Source: Ascidiella aspersa
Lineage: Eukaryota
Length of the DNA stretch: 64,000 nucleotides
Reading direction: 5' to 3'
Assembly: GCA_963924565.1 (NCBI GenBank)
Contig: OZ004610.1
Coordinates: 11,470,001-11,534,000 of the forward strand
A model generated the notes under the pieces. It was not told the DNA's origin. It was given only the letters and a program-made list of their open reading frames with translations, and made no database searches. A program made the translations under genes and the position numbers. Below are positions 25,501 to 39,800 of the stretch, piece after piece; position 1 is the first letter of the stretch; every line of letters starts with the position of its first letter.

Positions 25501-27297
25501 CCTGTTGTGTAAACCCAGTCATGCCCCTTTCACTCAATAAACTAAAATTGAAAAATATGTCTTAAAAAAGACACGCCTTACCGCATCAGCGAAGAAGAGA
25601 GGGTAGCTGGCATCATCAGGACAGTCGATATTATCGGGATCGTTATCGGACTTTTCGTCGCATTGGTGATCGCCTTTCTGATCTGGAGGCGCGTCCGAAG
25701 AAGAAGGAGGAAGAAGTTAAAACTTAAGGAGAAAGAGAAAGAGTCGAGCGAAAAAACAAGCAAATTCACCGACCTTGACCCAAGCCTGCCTCATGTAGGA
25801 AATTTAAGAAACAATAAAGTTTGTTAAATTTGTATAGATATAAATCAATTTAATCAATTGTTTTAAACAATAAATTCAAAAGCACTACTGTTAATACGTA
25901 ATGCATATTTACCGGTATTTGCTTTTTGTAACGGACAACTCCCATATTGAAGTAACATTCTGTCAGTCTTATAGACAAATGACTTTGGTTAAAATTAAGT
26001 GTTTTCATTGAGCATTTTTTGTAAAATTGGGTTATTTGTCCTCATTTTTGCACATAAAACAATTTTCTTGCCCTCTATTGCCTTTTTGATATTTTTTAGT
26101 TAGGTAATTGCTCATAATCGGACGGGTTTACCCAATTTTAGCTTAACGTGCAATTTTTATGACAAGCACTTGGCTTGGAATTGATTTCTTTAATTATGGC
26201 TTGACTGGGACTTGAGTTGTTATTTATTCCAAAGGACTTGACTGGGACGTAAGTCATTTCAAAATGATTGTTTACAACACTGCATCCTGCTAACAACACT
26301 GGTTGTTTCTTTAGAACGAAGTGGATCCTTTTGAGAGAGTAGGCCAGGCGTGTGGCCAGCGTCCGCCCGAGGCACAACAGGGCAACAAAGACCTCCGTCA
26401 TCAGCAGAAGACCGGCGCATCAGAAAACCATAACAAACAGCTTTCCTTGCCCGTCGCGTCTACAAATAAACAGCCAGCAAGGGCAGCAGCGCACTCCCGC
26501 TCATTTCACAACGCCGTCGGTTCGCGACCCACTGGTAACAACAACGCCACGAATGCCAGGACTGACCAGAGAAGTTATGCGAGGCAACACGCTCAACCAG
26601 TAACCCACCGCGGACAAGGACCGGAGGGGCCGAAGATTAGAAAACCTTCCATGCGCGAACCCCAGTTTGCCCCACCCGGTCGCACCACCTCTCGCCTACC
26701 CACCAGGAGTGTGTCCCAGTTCCCGCCTCCGAAAAATCACAGAGGCCAGACCATCCATCTTCTGCCTCGCCCTGACAAAAGCAACAACAACGTAGTGAAA
26801 ACAAGTTTCTCGCAGAAGCAACCGCACTTCGGTTCCAATACAACCGGCGAAATAATGACTATTTCCAAACGTCCTTCAGGTAAGCTTCCGGCCAACGGCT
26901 TAGTGTCATATTGGATTCGTTTAATTTTCGCAAGAGGATCTAATCTAACGTACATACCCGTGTCTCGGATAAAACAAAAACATGGGTCAGCATGGAATAT
27001 ACTTTTTCCTATAAACCTACGCGTGTCGCAGGTATAGGGCTGAACAAATCATAATAATTTGTGACACTTTTGTTTCCCGCAGGCGGTCCGGCCAATACTT
27101 TGCGCCCGAATCAAAATCCAAGGTTTTCTCGTTTGCAATCTTACAACCCTGGGCGCGCCACAAAAGTGGCACAACCGCCAAAAGAGAAGTTTACATCGTT
27201 CGTCCAAAATCCGGGGGAAAAATGGAAACTGTCAACGGCACCAGCTAGTGGGCGAATGGCAAATGGAAGGAATTTTGGCAACGCAAGCAGGAATTGA
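22599..27297 (+). CDS. CUB-domain type I membrane protein with long basic/disordered cytoplasmic tail, ~517 aa
   Basis: Exons 22599-22707, 23240-23342, 24065-24237, 24699-24800, 25202-25264, 25571-25794, 26315-26879, 27083-27297, phase-consistent. Signal peptide; CUB (IQSKGYP, CTWRI, RYCG, GFMISF); TM IIGIVIGLFVALVIAFLIW followed by RRVRRRRRKK. Confidence 0.82.
25975..26282. repeat. Dispersed GACTT-rich repeat, copy 1
   Basis: Colinear with 40016-40308 (GACAAATGACTT.GGTTAAAAT.AAGTGTTTT ... TTTACAACA.TG); probably a DNA-transposon remnant. Confidence 0.7.
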
Positions 27298-28065
27298 CCA
27301 CAATGTGGTTCGAAGATTGCAAAACTTAACTTGAGACAAAGCGGCTTCGAATATATTGATGATTGCTGTAACAAAAGTTTGTCTTAGTGATAAAAGGATG
27401 GACCATAGTTTGTCGCCTATATCGCCGAAACCAAATATTTATTGAGAGATTTTACGTGCCTTAAAATACATACATTGTGTTGCGCGTAGTTAAATTTACT
27501 TGTTAACGTACGTGATTTGTCATATTAATAGCAATAAATGTCACATGACTTGTGGCAATATAATGTGTAATACGATTGTTTGTGATACCTTATTGTAAGT
27601 TTTAGCATAACAGCCATTGCTGTTTTTAGCCATGCCATGTTTAATGGAATAAACCTAATATAAGATTTGTGCCAAATTCGTGCTCGATGTGCCTCAAAAC
27701 ATTGCTACCCAATCAGCGCAGGTAAATTCCAATTATAATCCAGACTCGTTTGCCTTTTTTACTTGTGAGTTCAGCAGATTTCCTAGGCCAGACGGATTAC
27801 GTGGTTTCTTTAGTCGCAGGTTTAACGTTTTACATTAGTTGTACGAAAAGTTCATTTCAGCCACAGAACCGCTGGCAGTTTATTATACCAAGGTACTTTA
27901 AACAAATGACAAGGCAGGCTAAAATTAAAAAGGCCGTCAGAAATTGATCACGATCAAACTATATATATAAAATCACCCATCGTATTATGAATAAACCTGC
28001 ATTATTCCCTTGTCCTTTTAAAGTTAAGTTTCTCTTCAGTTTGCTTATTATTTTCGTTTAAAAAT

Positions 28066-30447
28066 ATGCGGGTTATCGTGGCCGGTTTGTACAAGACGGG
28101 AACAAAAACTTTGAAAGAGGCCCTGAGCATACTTGGTTACGATGTGTGGGATATCGCCGAACAACTTAACTCTGTCGTCGGCGGCCCATTGGCCTGGGAG
28201 CACTTGCTACAGACCGACGAGGAACCTGTTGAACAGTTAAAGAAGGTGGAGTATAACATGTTGTGTGGTTGGTGGATATAAGTATTTTAGTTTTGTAGAA
28301 TAGATAGAAACTTGAAACACGTTTTTTTAGGACGTGAAACTTGACGTTTTTTTAAATGTTAGGAGTGGCAAAAGTTTGAATCAAACGTAACTTTTCATAG
28401 AGGTTGCTAAAATGACAGTAACAATAAACTGATTAACACTTAGCCCTTAGAGTAGAAATTGATTGCGCATTAGCCTACTTGGCAAATCTTGTGTTCTGTC
28501 ACATATTGGCATAGATGTTGGAATATTGCGATGCTGTGACAGACGGACCGAGTGCTTTGCTTGCTGTGGAAGTCGCCCAAGCTTTTCCCGAAAGCAAGGT
28601 AATTTCACTTATTGTTTGTTTGAAGTTTACCTTCTGCGTTATAAATTGGTTTTATTTCATTCTCGAATAAAATACTTGGCGCGCCATTTTATTAAAGACA
28701 GGCTAAAACAGTAAACAAAACACATGACGACAATAATACATATTAAAATAATTTTTTCGAATGAAAATCGTTTTTATTTAGCAATTGTTTTTCCTCTAAA
28801 CATACGTAAAACGGGGAAGTCATAGAGTTTCTTTGATATTGACCTTGGCTGTGCAGTTTCACAGTTAAATAAGATCGACAAAAGCAGACCGCTACATAAT
28901 AACCCTAACTATAATAAATAACAGACTTTTCTTTTAAAATGAAACTTTTGTTGTCGAGCGACAATAAAGTTCATACCTTAAAAACATATTTGACTGTTCA
29001 TTTTGTTGCTGGTCAATGAAGGAACTAGTACTTTTTGTATTTTAGATATAAAATATACCTTCTACTCGTATCTAACAAAGGACCACTGAATTATCTCAAT
29101 AGGCATGTACTAAATGCACAAACTCAAACGAGTTGAAAAGGCCTAGACTAAAGGTAACAGGTTACCAGGATAAGTTGTAAAAAGGGCAAAGTTGGTAATT
29201 ATTTATTTAATCGCGCTTCAAGAAATCCACGTGTCGTGCAGGTGGTGCTGTGCGTTCGAGATGACGAAGATGTCTGGTACAAGAGTTACGAGAAAAATAG
29301 AGATGTAAGTGCTTTTATTTCATTCTAAATTACTGGAACTTGATTTCGGTAGTTGCTGTTATAAAAAAAGATCTAATTAGGCCGTACAAAACTTGATTAG
29401 GAGTATTAGAACTTAAACAAACCCTACTTCATAACGTTATGTAAGTTTGACAATTGGTAATCTCTAGCACGTTTAAAATTTCGTGTAGCTGGTATGCGTA
29501 ATTTTCCGGTGTGGCAAAACTCGTTTTAGCTGTAGTACCATATTCTGCAATGTACAAAAGTTTTATAGATTAAACGGTATACTCTTAGCAAACTGTTAAT
29601 ATAGAATCAAGTAGAAACACTGCATATAAACTTCAAACTAGATTTATAATGTGCATTATGGACCATGTGCAGATATAGGTGTAATTCTAAATGAATAACT
29701 CAGCGATGGGTGCCGCCCTTGAAAAGTTTGCAAAACCTTGCTACCATGTCTTTAAGCTATTGAAAAATAAATTGCCGGATTAAAACTTTTGTAATAACTG
29801 TTAAAACAAAACAAACACAAAACTAATAGTGTAGAAGTAGGTCCAAACGAGTGGCTAAATTTCCGTAAATTTACGGAGATATGAAAGAAAGGAAAGAAGT
29901 GGAATTGCTTAAAGTAAGACTATATCCTTACAACAGAATGTGTTATCCTTCTGTATGTAATCACTGTTTGGGTTTCTATTTCCAGACCTTATACTTCAAC
30001 GTAATTCTCCACTTTCTTCGTCTTCTCTCCCCTACTGTGCGCAAGCGCTTCGACATCATGCGCCTCATCAACGATAGCTTGTCCAGCGGTCGTTTCGGCA
30101 AGGGCCCGCACTACCTTACCTACGGCCTCAGCCCACTGCTCTGCAAGCACGCCTACCGTGCTCACAACGCTTACGTGACCCAGTCGACCCCACCCGACCG
30201 ACTGCTGCGTTTCAACGTCAAACAGGGCTGGGATCCTCTATGCGCTTTCTTGGAGAAAGATATTCCCGACCAGGCTTTTCCACACGCTAATAGAAGCTCA
30301 TACAGTGCATCCCTTGCCGGGATTTTGCAGCATATCCGGTGGAATTCGGTAAAGGAAACGCGAACCAAAGTGATACTCGAAACTGTTTTCGGCCTTCTTG
30401 CTATCGGATTTACTTTACTGGCTGTAACTATCGCTTTCCACCTGTAA
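28066..30447 (+). CDS. Sulfotransferase-family protein (Sulfotransfer_4-like P-loop) with C-terminal TM anchor, 262 aa
   Basis: Exons 28066-28245, 28515-28598, 29242-29304, 29986-30447 (all phase 0). VIVAGLYKTGTKT, DAVTDGP, FPESKVVLCVRD, W-KS, Y-AHN, LLRFNVKQGWDPLCAFL, FPHAN. Confidence 0.88.
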
Positions 30448-30868
30448 ATACGTATTTTTTTTAAATAATTTCTGTTTGGCTGTCTGGTAATACATGAAAA
30501 TACCGTGCAATAATATACTCTTTTTGTTGGTATAGATTTAAATATACGTACAAAACATTCGCTTTGCCAACGATTATGCAAAATCTTTGCGCCCATTTAT
30601 ACAAATCGGCCTGAAATGTCACCGCAAACGAAATCGCAATTGGAGGTGGAATATTATTGCTATAGAACCTACTATTTGTTCCATGGTCGCAGGTTTGTGT
30701 TACTTACCTTAAAATGTGTAAAACTTCCAACAAATACCTCTCATTCCTCTGTTTTGACAATTATTTATTTCAAACTTGTTCTGATTAAAGTTCGACACCA
30801 GGCGCTGTACAATGTACAGGATTTTTTAATCGCAAAAAATCTCAAAGCGATAGAGCCAAACGGTTTCA

Positions 30869-33800
30869 TCACAAATTCAGTCCAGTCACGCTTCGAATCC
30901 AGTCTCTGTAGTTGACTACTGTGGTATAGATTCCTGGTGCCCTTGCGTTCGCGCAGCCGTGGCCCCAGCTGACAATGCCCCAAACGTAAAAGCTTTCTAG
31001 ATAAAAAAACAAAAAAAAAACAGAAACCAATGTTAGTAATAGATGTGACAACAAACAGGATCTCATAGAGCAGGGGTGCTCCACTTTCAGCCGTTGACGG
31101 TAACTCAATGTGGCTGTGCACATGTTAAGATCACTGTGGGGAAAGCGTTGCAAAAAGATTTACGACACAAGGCAAAGGCTTTATGATGTACAACTCAACC
31201 TGTATGTGCATTTTGTCGATACTACACCTTCTAATCGCTAAAGCGTTGCGTGTATGTAAGGCCTTATTTCGGTAGAAACTTTATAATTTCGTTGGAAACA
31301 GCACTCTTCTTAATCTAAAAATAATAGTTTTAACAAAAATTTAAACGCTCAAAGGTAATGGTCCAGGTTATAGAAAAAAATGCTTCAGCGTTGGCAATTT
31401 TAGTTACCTATACATGTGTTAAATAAACAAGGTCAAAATTACTGCACATTTGCAAATCATGGATAAAATACATTAACAATTTGGTATCGGATCGGCGCTG
31501 ATACTACCGTAGTATCAGGGAATACCGATACCATCACTTGATATACTATCAGACAAACCTACTGCCGGCCGCCAAAAAAAATACAGACTAATTTATTTTT
31601 ATGCGGCCATCAATGGCGGACACGCCCGAAATAAATCATAAGCTCACTGAAATGTATACAATTTAATTGTCTTACGAGTTGCATTGTCGAAACATTGCAG
31701 TGGTCCACCTGAATCCCCTTGGCAGGTATCGATTCCCCCTTTTAGGTAACCGGCACAAAACATGTTTTCGGATAAGGATGACCCGTATATGGTGTAGTTG
31801 CCGCAAACCGGTTTGCTAATCAGCGGTACCGGCGCCTCTTGTAGAAACTGACTGAATGGTATCTGTTCTGAAAATGGTCAAAGCACGATTTAAGACGACC
31901 CGACCCGTTGTTTCATTTTTTTAGGTAAAAAGTTGATATGTAAAGGAAAAGTCTGAAATGATTTTCTATAGTTCTTTATATGATTCGTCAACTGCTAAAC
32001 TTCGTAAAATATCCAAAATTATTGAGAAGTATCTTTTATCGAATGTAATTAACTTTTGTCATGTTGCACATTCACAGAATCCTTATTATTCTCCTTCATA
32101 TATAACCTAGTTATTTTTTCCATTTCATAATCCGTAGAAGTATTCTAAATTGCGTCAGGCGAAGTTTATTTTTATTTATCAATTTCTGTAGTCATTCCAA
32201 ACCACACTCTTTTCATTATACACTATATAATCTTACCGGTGGTCGATAGTTGTCCCCATCCAGTTATGTAACATTTGTAATCGGCTGGAAACTGGTGAAT
32301 GGATGTCGGGATGCAAGCTGGCTTAACGTAATCGTCATATTTAGCACACGTCGATCCGCGAACTGGAGCCAGCTGTGAAAAATAACTGGAATCGTCAGCG
32401 AAATTTTAATTTGTTGACCTCTTGGCATTTTATGTAAGTGGTACTCTAAAGATTTTGTGAGAATTTTATTAAGTATATATCCATGCGAAAAACAAATGTA
32501 AAGCATCACTGCCTATTTTGGCCAACTCATTTGATAGTGTAATATAAGTACACAGTTAACATCAAGCAGAAAATATCACCGTTAAGTAGACGGCAAAAAT
32601 AATAGTTCATGAACTTGGGGTACTTTCAGCAGCGACATATTGTTATAGGCCTAATATGAATATTTTTGCTATGCAATGATGCTATTTGACTTCTAATAGC
32701 AAAAAACACTTTATGGCTTTGTAACTGCTTACTTTATTTAACAGTAACTTGAAAACTAGTAAATTTAATTTTGGATGGTTTTTTAGTAGATCACGTGGGA
32801 CATGCTTTTTAGTTTTAATCAAGGTTGAATTGAAAAAATAATAATCTTAATTAGGCCTAAGCTTGATTCTCTCTAGTGGATAAAGCTCAGTCTACCTCAA
32901 GCAAAGCGATGTCGTTGTCGTTAGTAGAGCTGATGTACGGGTTGACTTGGTTGAAAATAATTCGTGTGATCTTTATGCTTTGTTCAGTGCCTTCGTTCGT
33001 CTTCGTGTCGTAGTCACCAACGCGGATGATGTAACTGTTCGGTGAGTAATGGGGCCTGGATCATACACAGGGGCGATTTAAGGCAATTAAGGTTTTCCTT
33101 TTTTTTAGTAACTTGTTTGCGGATCATTTTATCTTAGAAATAAACGATATATTTTTCAGATAGCAATTGTTGCATACCGGGAGTAAGGCTTCACATTTTC
33201 AATCATGTCATAACACACTTTAAAATGTAACAATTTTACAAAACAAAATTTTGATGTTGAAATGTACTTAATGTTCAAAGTAAAGCCATTGCAACAATTA
33301 AAAGTAAAATACAACAAAAAAATATACCCGAATTGATGTCATTTATGTTCCGCAAAATATTGAAATCATTTAGGTTATGTTTGTAAAACTTTAATTTGTG
33401 AAGGAGTGTAAAGGCAGAGGTTTGCGCTAAGATTAAGCGAGAAAAACATTTCAGCCTATGCCGTTTAAATTAAATTAATTTAGCGTAAATCATTTTTTTA
33501 TGTCTAACATGATTCGGCCTACTACTTACGTGAAGCAATGTGCCGCCGTGAGCACCCAGCAGCTGCTGATCAGAGTTCCGCCACATTTAAACATCCAGGG
33601 CAGCCATATTCCCACCTTGAGCATTATTTGTTGATTAACGATATAGAGACTCTAATTGCTGTGCGATAAGAAATATACTGTGCAACTTCTAATCGTTCGA
33701 GAGTGTACAGTCACATTTTCCTCTCTTTATTTACCTCCACCAACGCCTTATTTGGCATAAAACAAAAAGTTAACTAATTGTTTTTAAAAATACGATAGGA

Positions 33801-36800
33801 ACGAAATATGCTCATTCTAAACACATCGCAAATAAATAATAATTGCGTTCAAAAACTGAAAAAGCTAGTTATTTAAGGGCTGTCTATATATATATATACA
33901 TTAAATCGAGCAATTTAATAAAAAATATGTTTTTGCCAACTAAAACTTCATTCATACCACTACCTAGGGATGTCCAAAAATTATCGGCTGGGATCCGATA
34001 CCCAAAACCAATGGTGGTATCGCTATACTCATCGAAAACTATAGGGTAGTATTGGTATCGGATGAAATTACGATACTTTTGTCTAAAATATAGGGTATCG
34101 ATATCGGAATAAAATATCAAACATCGGACATCCCCACCGCTACCGTTTTTGCTTCTACTTTTTCCCAGTCCGAATTTTAACTTATTTCGGCAGGGACCGC
34201 AACAGCAGCAGTTTATCGCAACAACCAAAAAAAACTCGCCTAAGGCGAACGGTAGCGTATCACCTGCCAGGGCCACTCTCCAGGGTCGGCATTGTTGCCC
34301 CCAACAACCCTTGTTCTGATGTGAAGACGGTGAGTCGGCATGTCGCCACAAGTAGGCTCTGCGGGCGGCACTCCGCTAGGCAGATGGGTTGCTGCCGTTG
34401 AAATAGGTCTCGTCGTGGTAACGGGAGTTGTGGGACTGGGGGTCACTGTGTTTCCTGTCAAAAATGAGTATAACAACGAAAATGACAAGATGTGGTTTGA
34501 CATAAACCGACTCCAGTTAAATTAACCGAGTCTTGCCCTCCGATAGCCTTGTATTCCACCCATGCCTAAACTAAAATAGGGTGGATCTATGGGAGGTAAA
34601 AATCCTGTCGCACACCTATCCATATAACCTGGTTGGAAAATATTTAGCCCTATGTTATTATTAACAGTGTGCAGCCTTAAACATTTTAGAAAGTCAGGGA
34701 GAAACAAATCAATTACAAAACATGGTCCATCAAACTGGAAACAAAATTTACGATGTCCACTATTTCAAAACTATTTACTTGTCATGCAAACGACTCCGGC
34801 TTCATGGTCCATGGGACAGATGGCCTGATTCCAGCCACTATGTTCACATTCATCCAGTGACACTTCCGTCCCAGTGCATCTAACGCCGCTTAGCTTGTAG
34901 GGGAGGCTGGTGCGAGCAAAGAACTGGCCCTTCAGCGCTTGAAGAGCGCCTCTTCTACAACGAAATGGTTTTTGTTTTATAAAGCACACAAACACAACCT
35001 TTATCGCGTTGTTACACTTATCTGCTGCTTTCTTTGCAGCGACAACATGAAGGTGTCAGTTCAAACCGTTGTCAGCCGCGAACAACTAATCACAATTTTG
35101 TTGTAAACGTATACTGCTGACTAACGTAACAACTGCGCTTATAGACACCCAACTCCGGTATTGGAGATGTCATTTTCGTTACATTATTCCGATTTGATAC
35201 AAGTAGCGACGCTAAAACTCCTACATTCCTGCCTATTTTGTCTAATTCAAACCGAACCAAACGATTGAAAATAATCCACCTGAATCCCAGCTGTCGACAT
35301 GCGACGTTCGCTTCCCTGATAGTCCAACCCACGTCGCAGATCAAGCCGAAATTCGAACCCGTTCCAATCTCGAGGCGGCCTTCAAACCGAGATGTGCCCC
35401 CTTTAAGTCGAATTGTGACATCGATGGGAATTGGGCCGCCGTCAGATCCTGTACATAACAGTATCAATATTAATGTGGCGTATGTCGTATAGATAAAATA
35501 TCTGTTTGTCGTCTGATATATCCCAAAGGTTACAGTTCATTGCTTTTTGGTTTGATCTATCGATAGTTGATTACAGGCGGGGCGGATCCAGAAACAATTA
35601 CCCCTTTGTTTTTTGTTATTCTATTTAACTAGAAATAAAGAAAAAAAAATATAGCTCAATACCTAAGGTTTCAACATATTAGTCTAGAGTTTTACATACG
35701 GTACCAAAGTACCCTTCTTTGAACATAACATTGTATTTGATTCCATACTTAAATTTCCCAAGGGTAATTTAAAGGCCAAAATGAGTGTTTTTTTAATTGA
35801 ATTTATGCTAAGGCGAGTTTTATTTATTTCTAATGTATGCTTACACCCTCTGAAATATTTAGTTCTTACATCTAACAAAACATTCTACTTTAAGCAAAGA
35901 CTAATAAAATTTGTACGAAAAAGAACCATAACCGCACGCGTCGTTATTATTGGTTTAAGACTTACTGCAATTTTTTTCGTCGCTTCCGTCCAAACACTGA
36001 GTAACTCCGTCACAAACCTGGCCAGTTGGTATGCACTGATCACCGCAAACAAAACCGGCGCAGTCTGCAATAAAAAGCAATTCAATTTAAGGAAAACGTT
36101 CGTGCAAAACGAAATTAGGCTTTGGTCAAGCACAAATGCGAACGTTAAACTTTTAAAAGGGACGCTATTTTTACTTGAAGGATTTATACGTAACAGTGTT
36201 TAAACACACAAATTTGTTAAATAAAGGACTTGAAACAATCCCAGGTCCCTGTAGCTGTAATTGTGGTAGATAATTGTGACCTTGCAATCTGTTCAAAACC
36301 TCTTTAGTTTATATGGACTTACTTAATGCCGTCTTCATTTCGTAGTGCACCCAGTTTGCGGCTCCAATGGACGGGGTCACCAGTCCCAGTTGACGCGATG
36401 ACATAGTTGACAAATCGCATTCACTCAATGCCTGGGGGAGTAAAACGTCGAAAAAATACACCGTATATACTTTTAGGCTTTGGTGCGTGTTGGACCAAAT
36501 AGAAGTGTATTTTGTAAACAAAAGCTAAACAGTGTTTGGTATAGTTTTTTAAAAGGAGCATAAGTTAGTTTTAGGTATGTACAATAATATCAGATCGGGG
36601 CCGAAGCCCGCTTCCTGTCTTGGTAGTTTCGGTTCTCGTCCGATTCTCGGGGTTATCAGTACCGATCCATAAGCAAATTAATTTAAAACTGTTAACCATT
36701 ATTTGCGGCCTTGTTACTTTTGTACCTTGTTGTAGTCAAAAGAAACGCATTGGAATCGCTTTTCTTCTCTGCATTTCTTGGCGCAGATGTAAGGCGATGC

Positions 36801-39800
36801 ATGGCGCCACCCAGTTTTGTAAGTGTCCCCCGAGTTCGGTAATTTCTTGCCAGCGGTGGTCGTGAAGTGCGATATGTGGTCAACTACAAAAATCGTCGTT
36901 AAACTTACACCATGAAAGCTAAAGAAAAGGATCAAATCAGAAACAATGTAAAATACCCTTAAGGCGTTTTAGTTCTTCAACTTGGTATTAGGTTGATTGA
37001 AATTATAGCTTGCGACGCTTTGTAAAGTTATTCATCGTGCTTTTAACATACTGTATGTTCAATTTAGAATGTCTGTTTCGTTTAGTTGGAAATTAACCAC
37101 GTTTCTCTTCACAAGCTACCATTTTTTTAGTTGACCTTAATCAAATGCTTTTTATAATGCCCTATTTCACACGTTTCCTAAGGTTTTTTGTGTTAGACGT
37201 CCCGTAAGACGTTAATTTGTGACGTCTTTCTAAAAATAATTCCGTGCGTTTCCGTAAAAAAAATTGTTCCAGTGAGAAAATGATTGCCCTTTCACCTATT
37301 CTGACAGCCCAAACACGCCCTTATTGTTCCGTAGCTTACCTGAACCGTAATAACCTCAACTTGCTGAACTGTAACACCATGCACCCAGTCTGGTAACGCG
37401 CAACCGGCCAAGCGCAAACGCTACCCCTGTCTGTCGCCTTACCGCAATTGGTTTCGTCCCTGTTGTTGGTGCAGTCATCGTCACCGTCGCACACAAACAA
37501 CGAGCTTATGCAGCCGGCGCCGCCAACCCCACACCAGAAAGTGTTTGGGTTGCAGTTCTCTGCAAATAAATGGTTCTTGTTCTGCGGTCAAGAGGCAGCG
37601 AATACGTTTTTTTTTTCTTTTTTGAGTGGCGTTTTGGAATTTGCGATCATGACAGTTATTCCTATTTCGCTATGTTTCCATTATAACAGTCTATTATGGG
37701 AATCAGGCTGAAAAAGAAATTGTTTGACTTATACATACAATTGCAAAAACATGCATCTAATTTCTATATGCCGAATATTTAGAACCACATATAGGCCAAG
37801 CCTGTTAAGCCATTTTAGGCAATATTTTTTGTTTCGCCATGTTTTAATTATGACCGTTAATGTTGTCTGTACAAAGCTGTTCAAAAATGTTATACTTTTT
37901 GGAAATCAACGCAAAATAAACAAATCTAAATAAATAAACTCAAATAAGGTCTCTACGGGCCGTTAAATTTTAACTGTGTAGACTTTACGCATCTTTTATA
38001 ACATTCACATTGGTCTTAATTAAAGGCTGATAATTGCACCGGTTTCACGGGATTTTCATGTTGTTACCTTCGCCGCAGTTTTTCTCGTCGGTTCCCCAAG
38101 CACAGTCGCTCATTCCGTCGCACACCCACCTGGGTTTAATACAGCGCCCCTGGTTGGCGCACAGCTGCTCGCCTACGTCGCACACAGCCGGGGAGGTATT
38201 GTTAACCACTTTTCCTATATAATGAGAAACAGATTATTAGCACTGCCTTAATTTAAAAACAAAATTGAAAAGATAAGATGGCGATGAGAAAGATGGCGAT
38301 GATAGAAAAGCTAAAGCTAGATTCTCTGACTTACTAGGGTGTATTTTTAGAGTTCGTATAGATTGAGCAAATGTAACTGATGTCCGACCCTTCGTATATT
38401 ATTCTGATATCTATAATTCGGGTAAAAAATGCCACCCAACCGATTTTATATGACGTTATTAACATAATCTAGCAGGCCAAATTGGTCAAATTGAAACGTA
38501 CAAATATAATGTTTCTAAACCGGTATGCAAATCATTGCTTAACTTTGGAAAACTTAATTACCTTTATTGTTAACATTACATTTTTGAAAATAGTATTCCT
38601 TCTATAGTTGAAAACAGTCAGTTGGTTAAAACGCTTTTAATTTGGTTCGGCATTAATACCTGCCTATTTTCGAACGAATTCACTTGGTATAGGACATTGG
38701 ATCCAATATCGACCTCACTAGCAACAGCCCGAAAAAACCTATGAACCGCTTTCTTGACTGCTGTAAATAGGAATCAGTCTGCTCTTTTAGCGGTATTGTC
38801 AATCCTCGTGATAAGCATTTTAACACAAAAAGTTTACCGAAAAAATAAATGGCAAAACAATGTAGTATTTACCTATAAAACGGATAGAAATTTCGACTGC
38901 TTGTCAAAAACTGTATCTCCTGTTTGAAAAATATTACTCAGGACATGCAAAATCGTTGTGGGTTTCAATTCGTTGGAGACGTCGGTTGTGTATTTTTGCT
39001 TAGTATAGCTACGTTAAATATATTTATAACCATAACGAACTAATATAGTTATCTTGGCCTAAATATTTGTTTTAAGCAACTTGTCGCGTTGATGATTTGT
39101 AAAAAATACTTTTTGTACGTTTCAAATGTTGCAGCCCACTTTGTAAGTGAAGGAAAATTTATGGTACTGAAAACGAAACCAAATCAGTGATTATAAAGCA
39201 ACAAAACTTATGCCCATGCTTTAAATTGCTGTTTCTTATTGAAGGACCCCTCGTTTCTGTCGATTTCTTCGTTGACCTATCCCTATAGCCTACCGTTGCA
39301 AGCCCATTTCAAGCAAAACCAAAATAACGATACCTTGGCAAACCACGGCGGCTATTCGGTCTTTGGGGCACTCAAGCGTATTCACGGTCTCGCCACCGCA
39401 CTCAGTGATGGCCGGTTCTTCTCCTGTACAAGTCACGTTGCCGTAGAAAGCTGGCAGGTGTCGCGACTTTTTCGGGGCTTTAGCCCGCTTTATGCGAATA
39501 AACTTCTTGGCGCCCATGCTGAAAAGGTATTTCTGAATTGTTTCGCTGCTGTTTATCGCTGTTCAATTTACAGTTGACCATGTTAATGTGCACAAAACCA
39601 ATACCGCTTTAGTAATTGATTGTTTTTTAAATATGAAATTAGGACATACTGTAGCTTCGAAAACTATGGTTGAAAACTTTTAGGTATATGGTTGAGTTAC
39701 TTATTTGATGATGTTTAGTAATTATTCTATTAAAGCTGGGTCCTTTAATTAAAGACTCGATCTTAGAATAATGACAATTTTCTCACGATTTACATCAACG

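Noticed and set aside
10810-30447. Rhodanese pair plus sulfotransferase as a sulfur-metabolism cluster
   Set aside because: 14 kb apart, on opposite strands, separated by unrelated genes, and chemically distinct.
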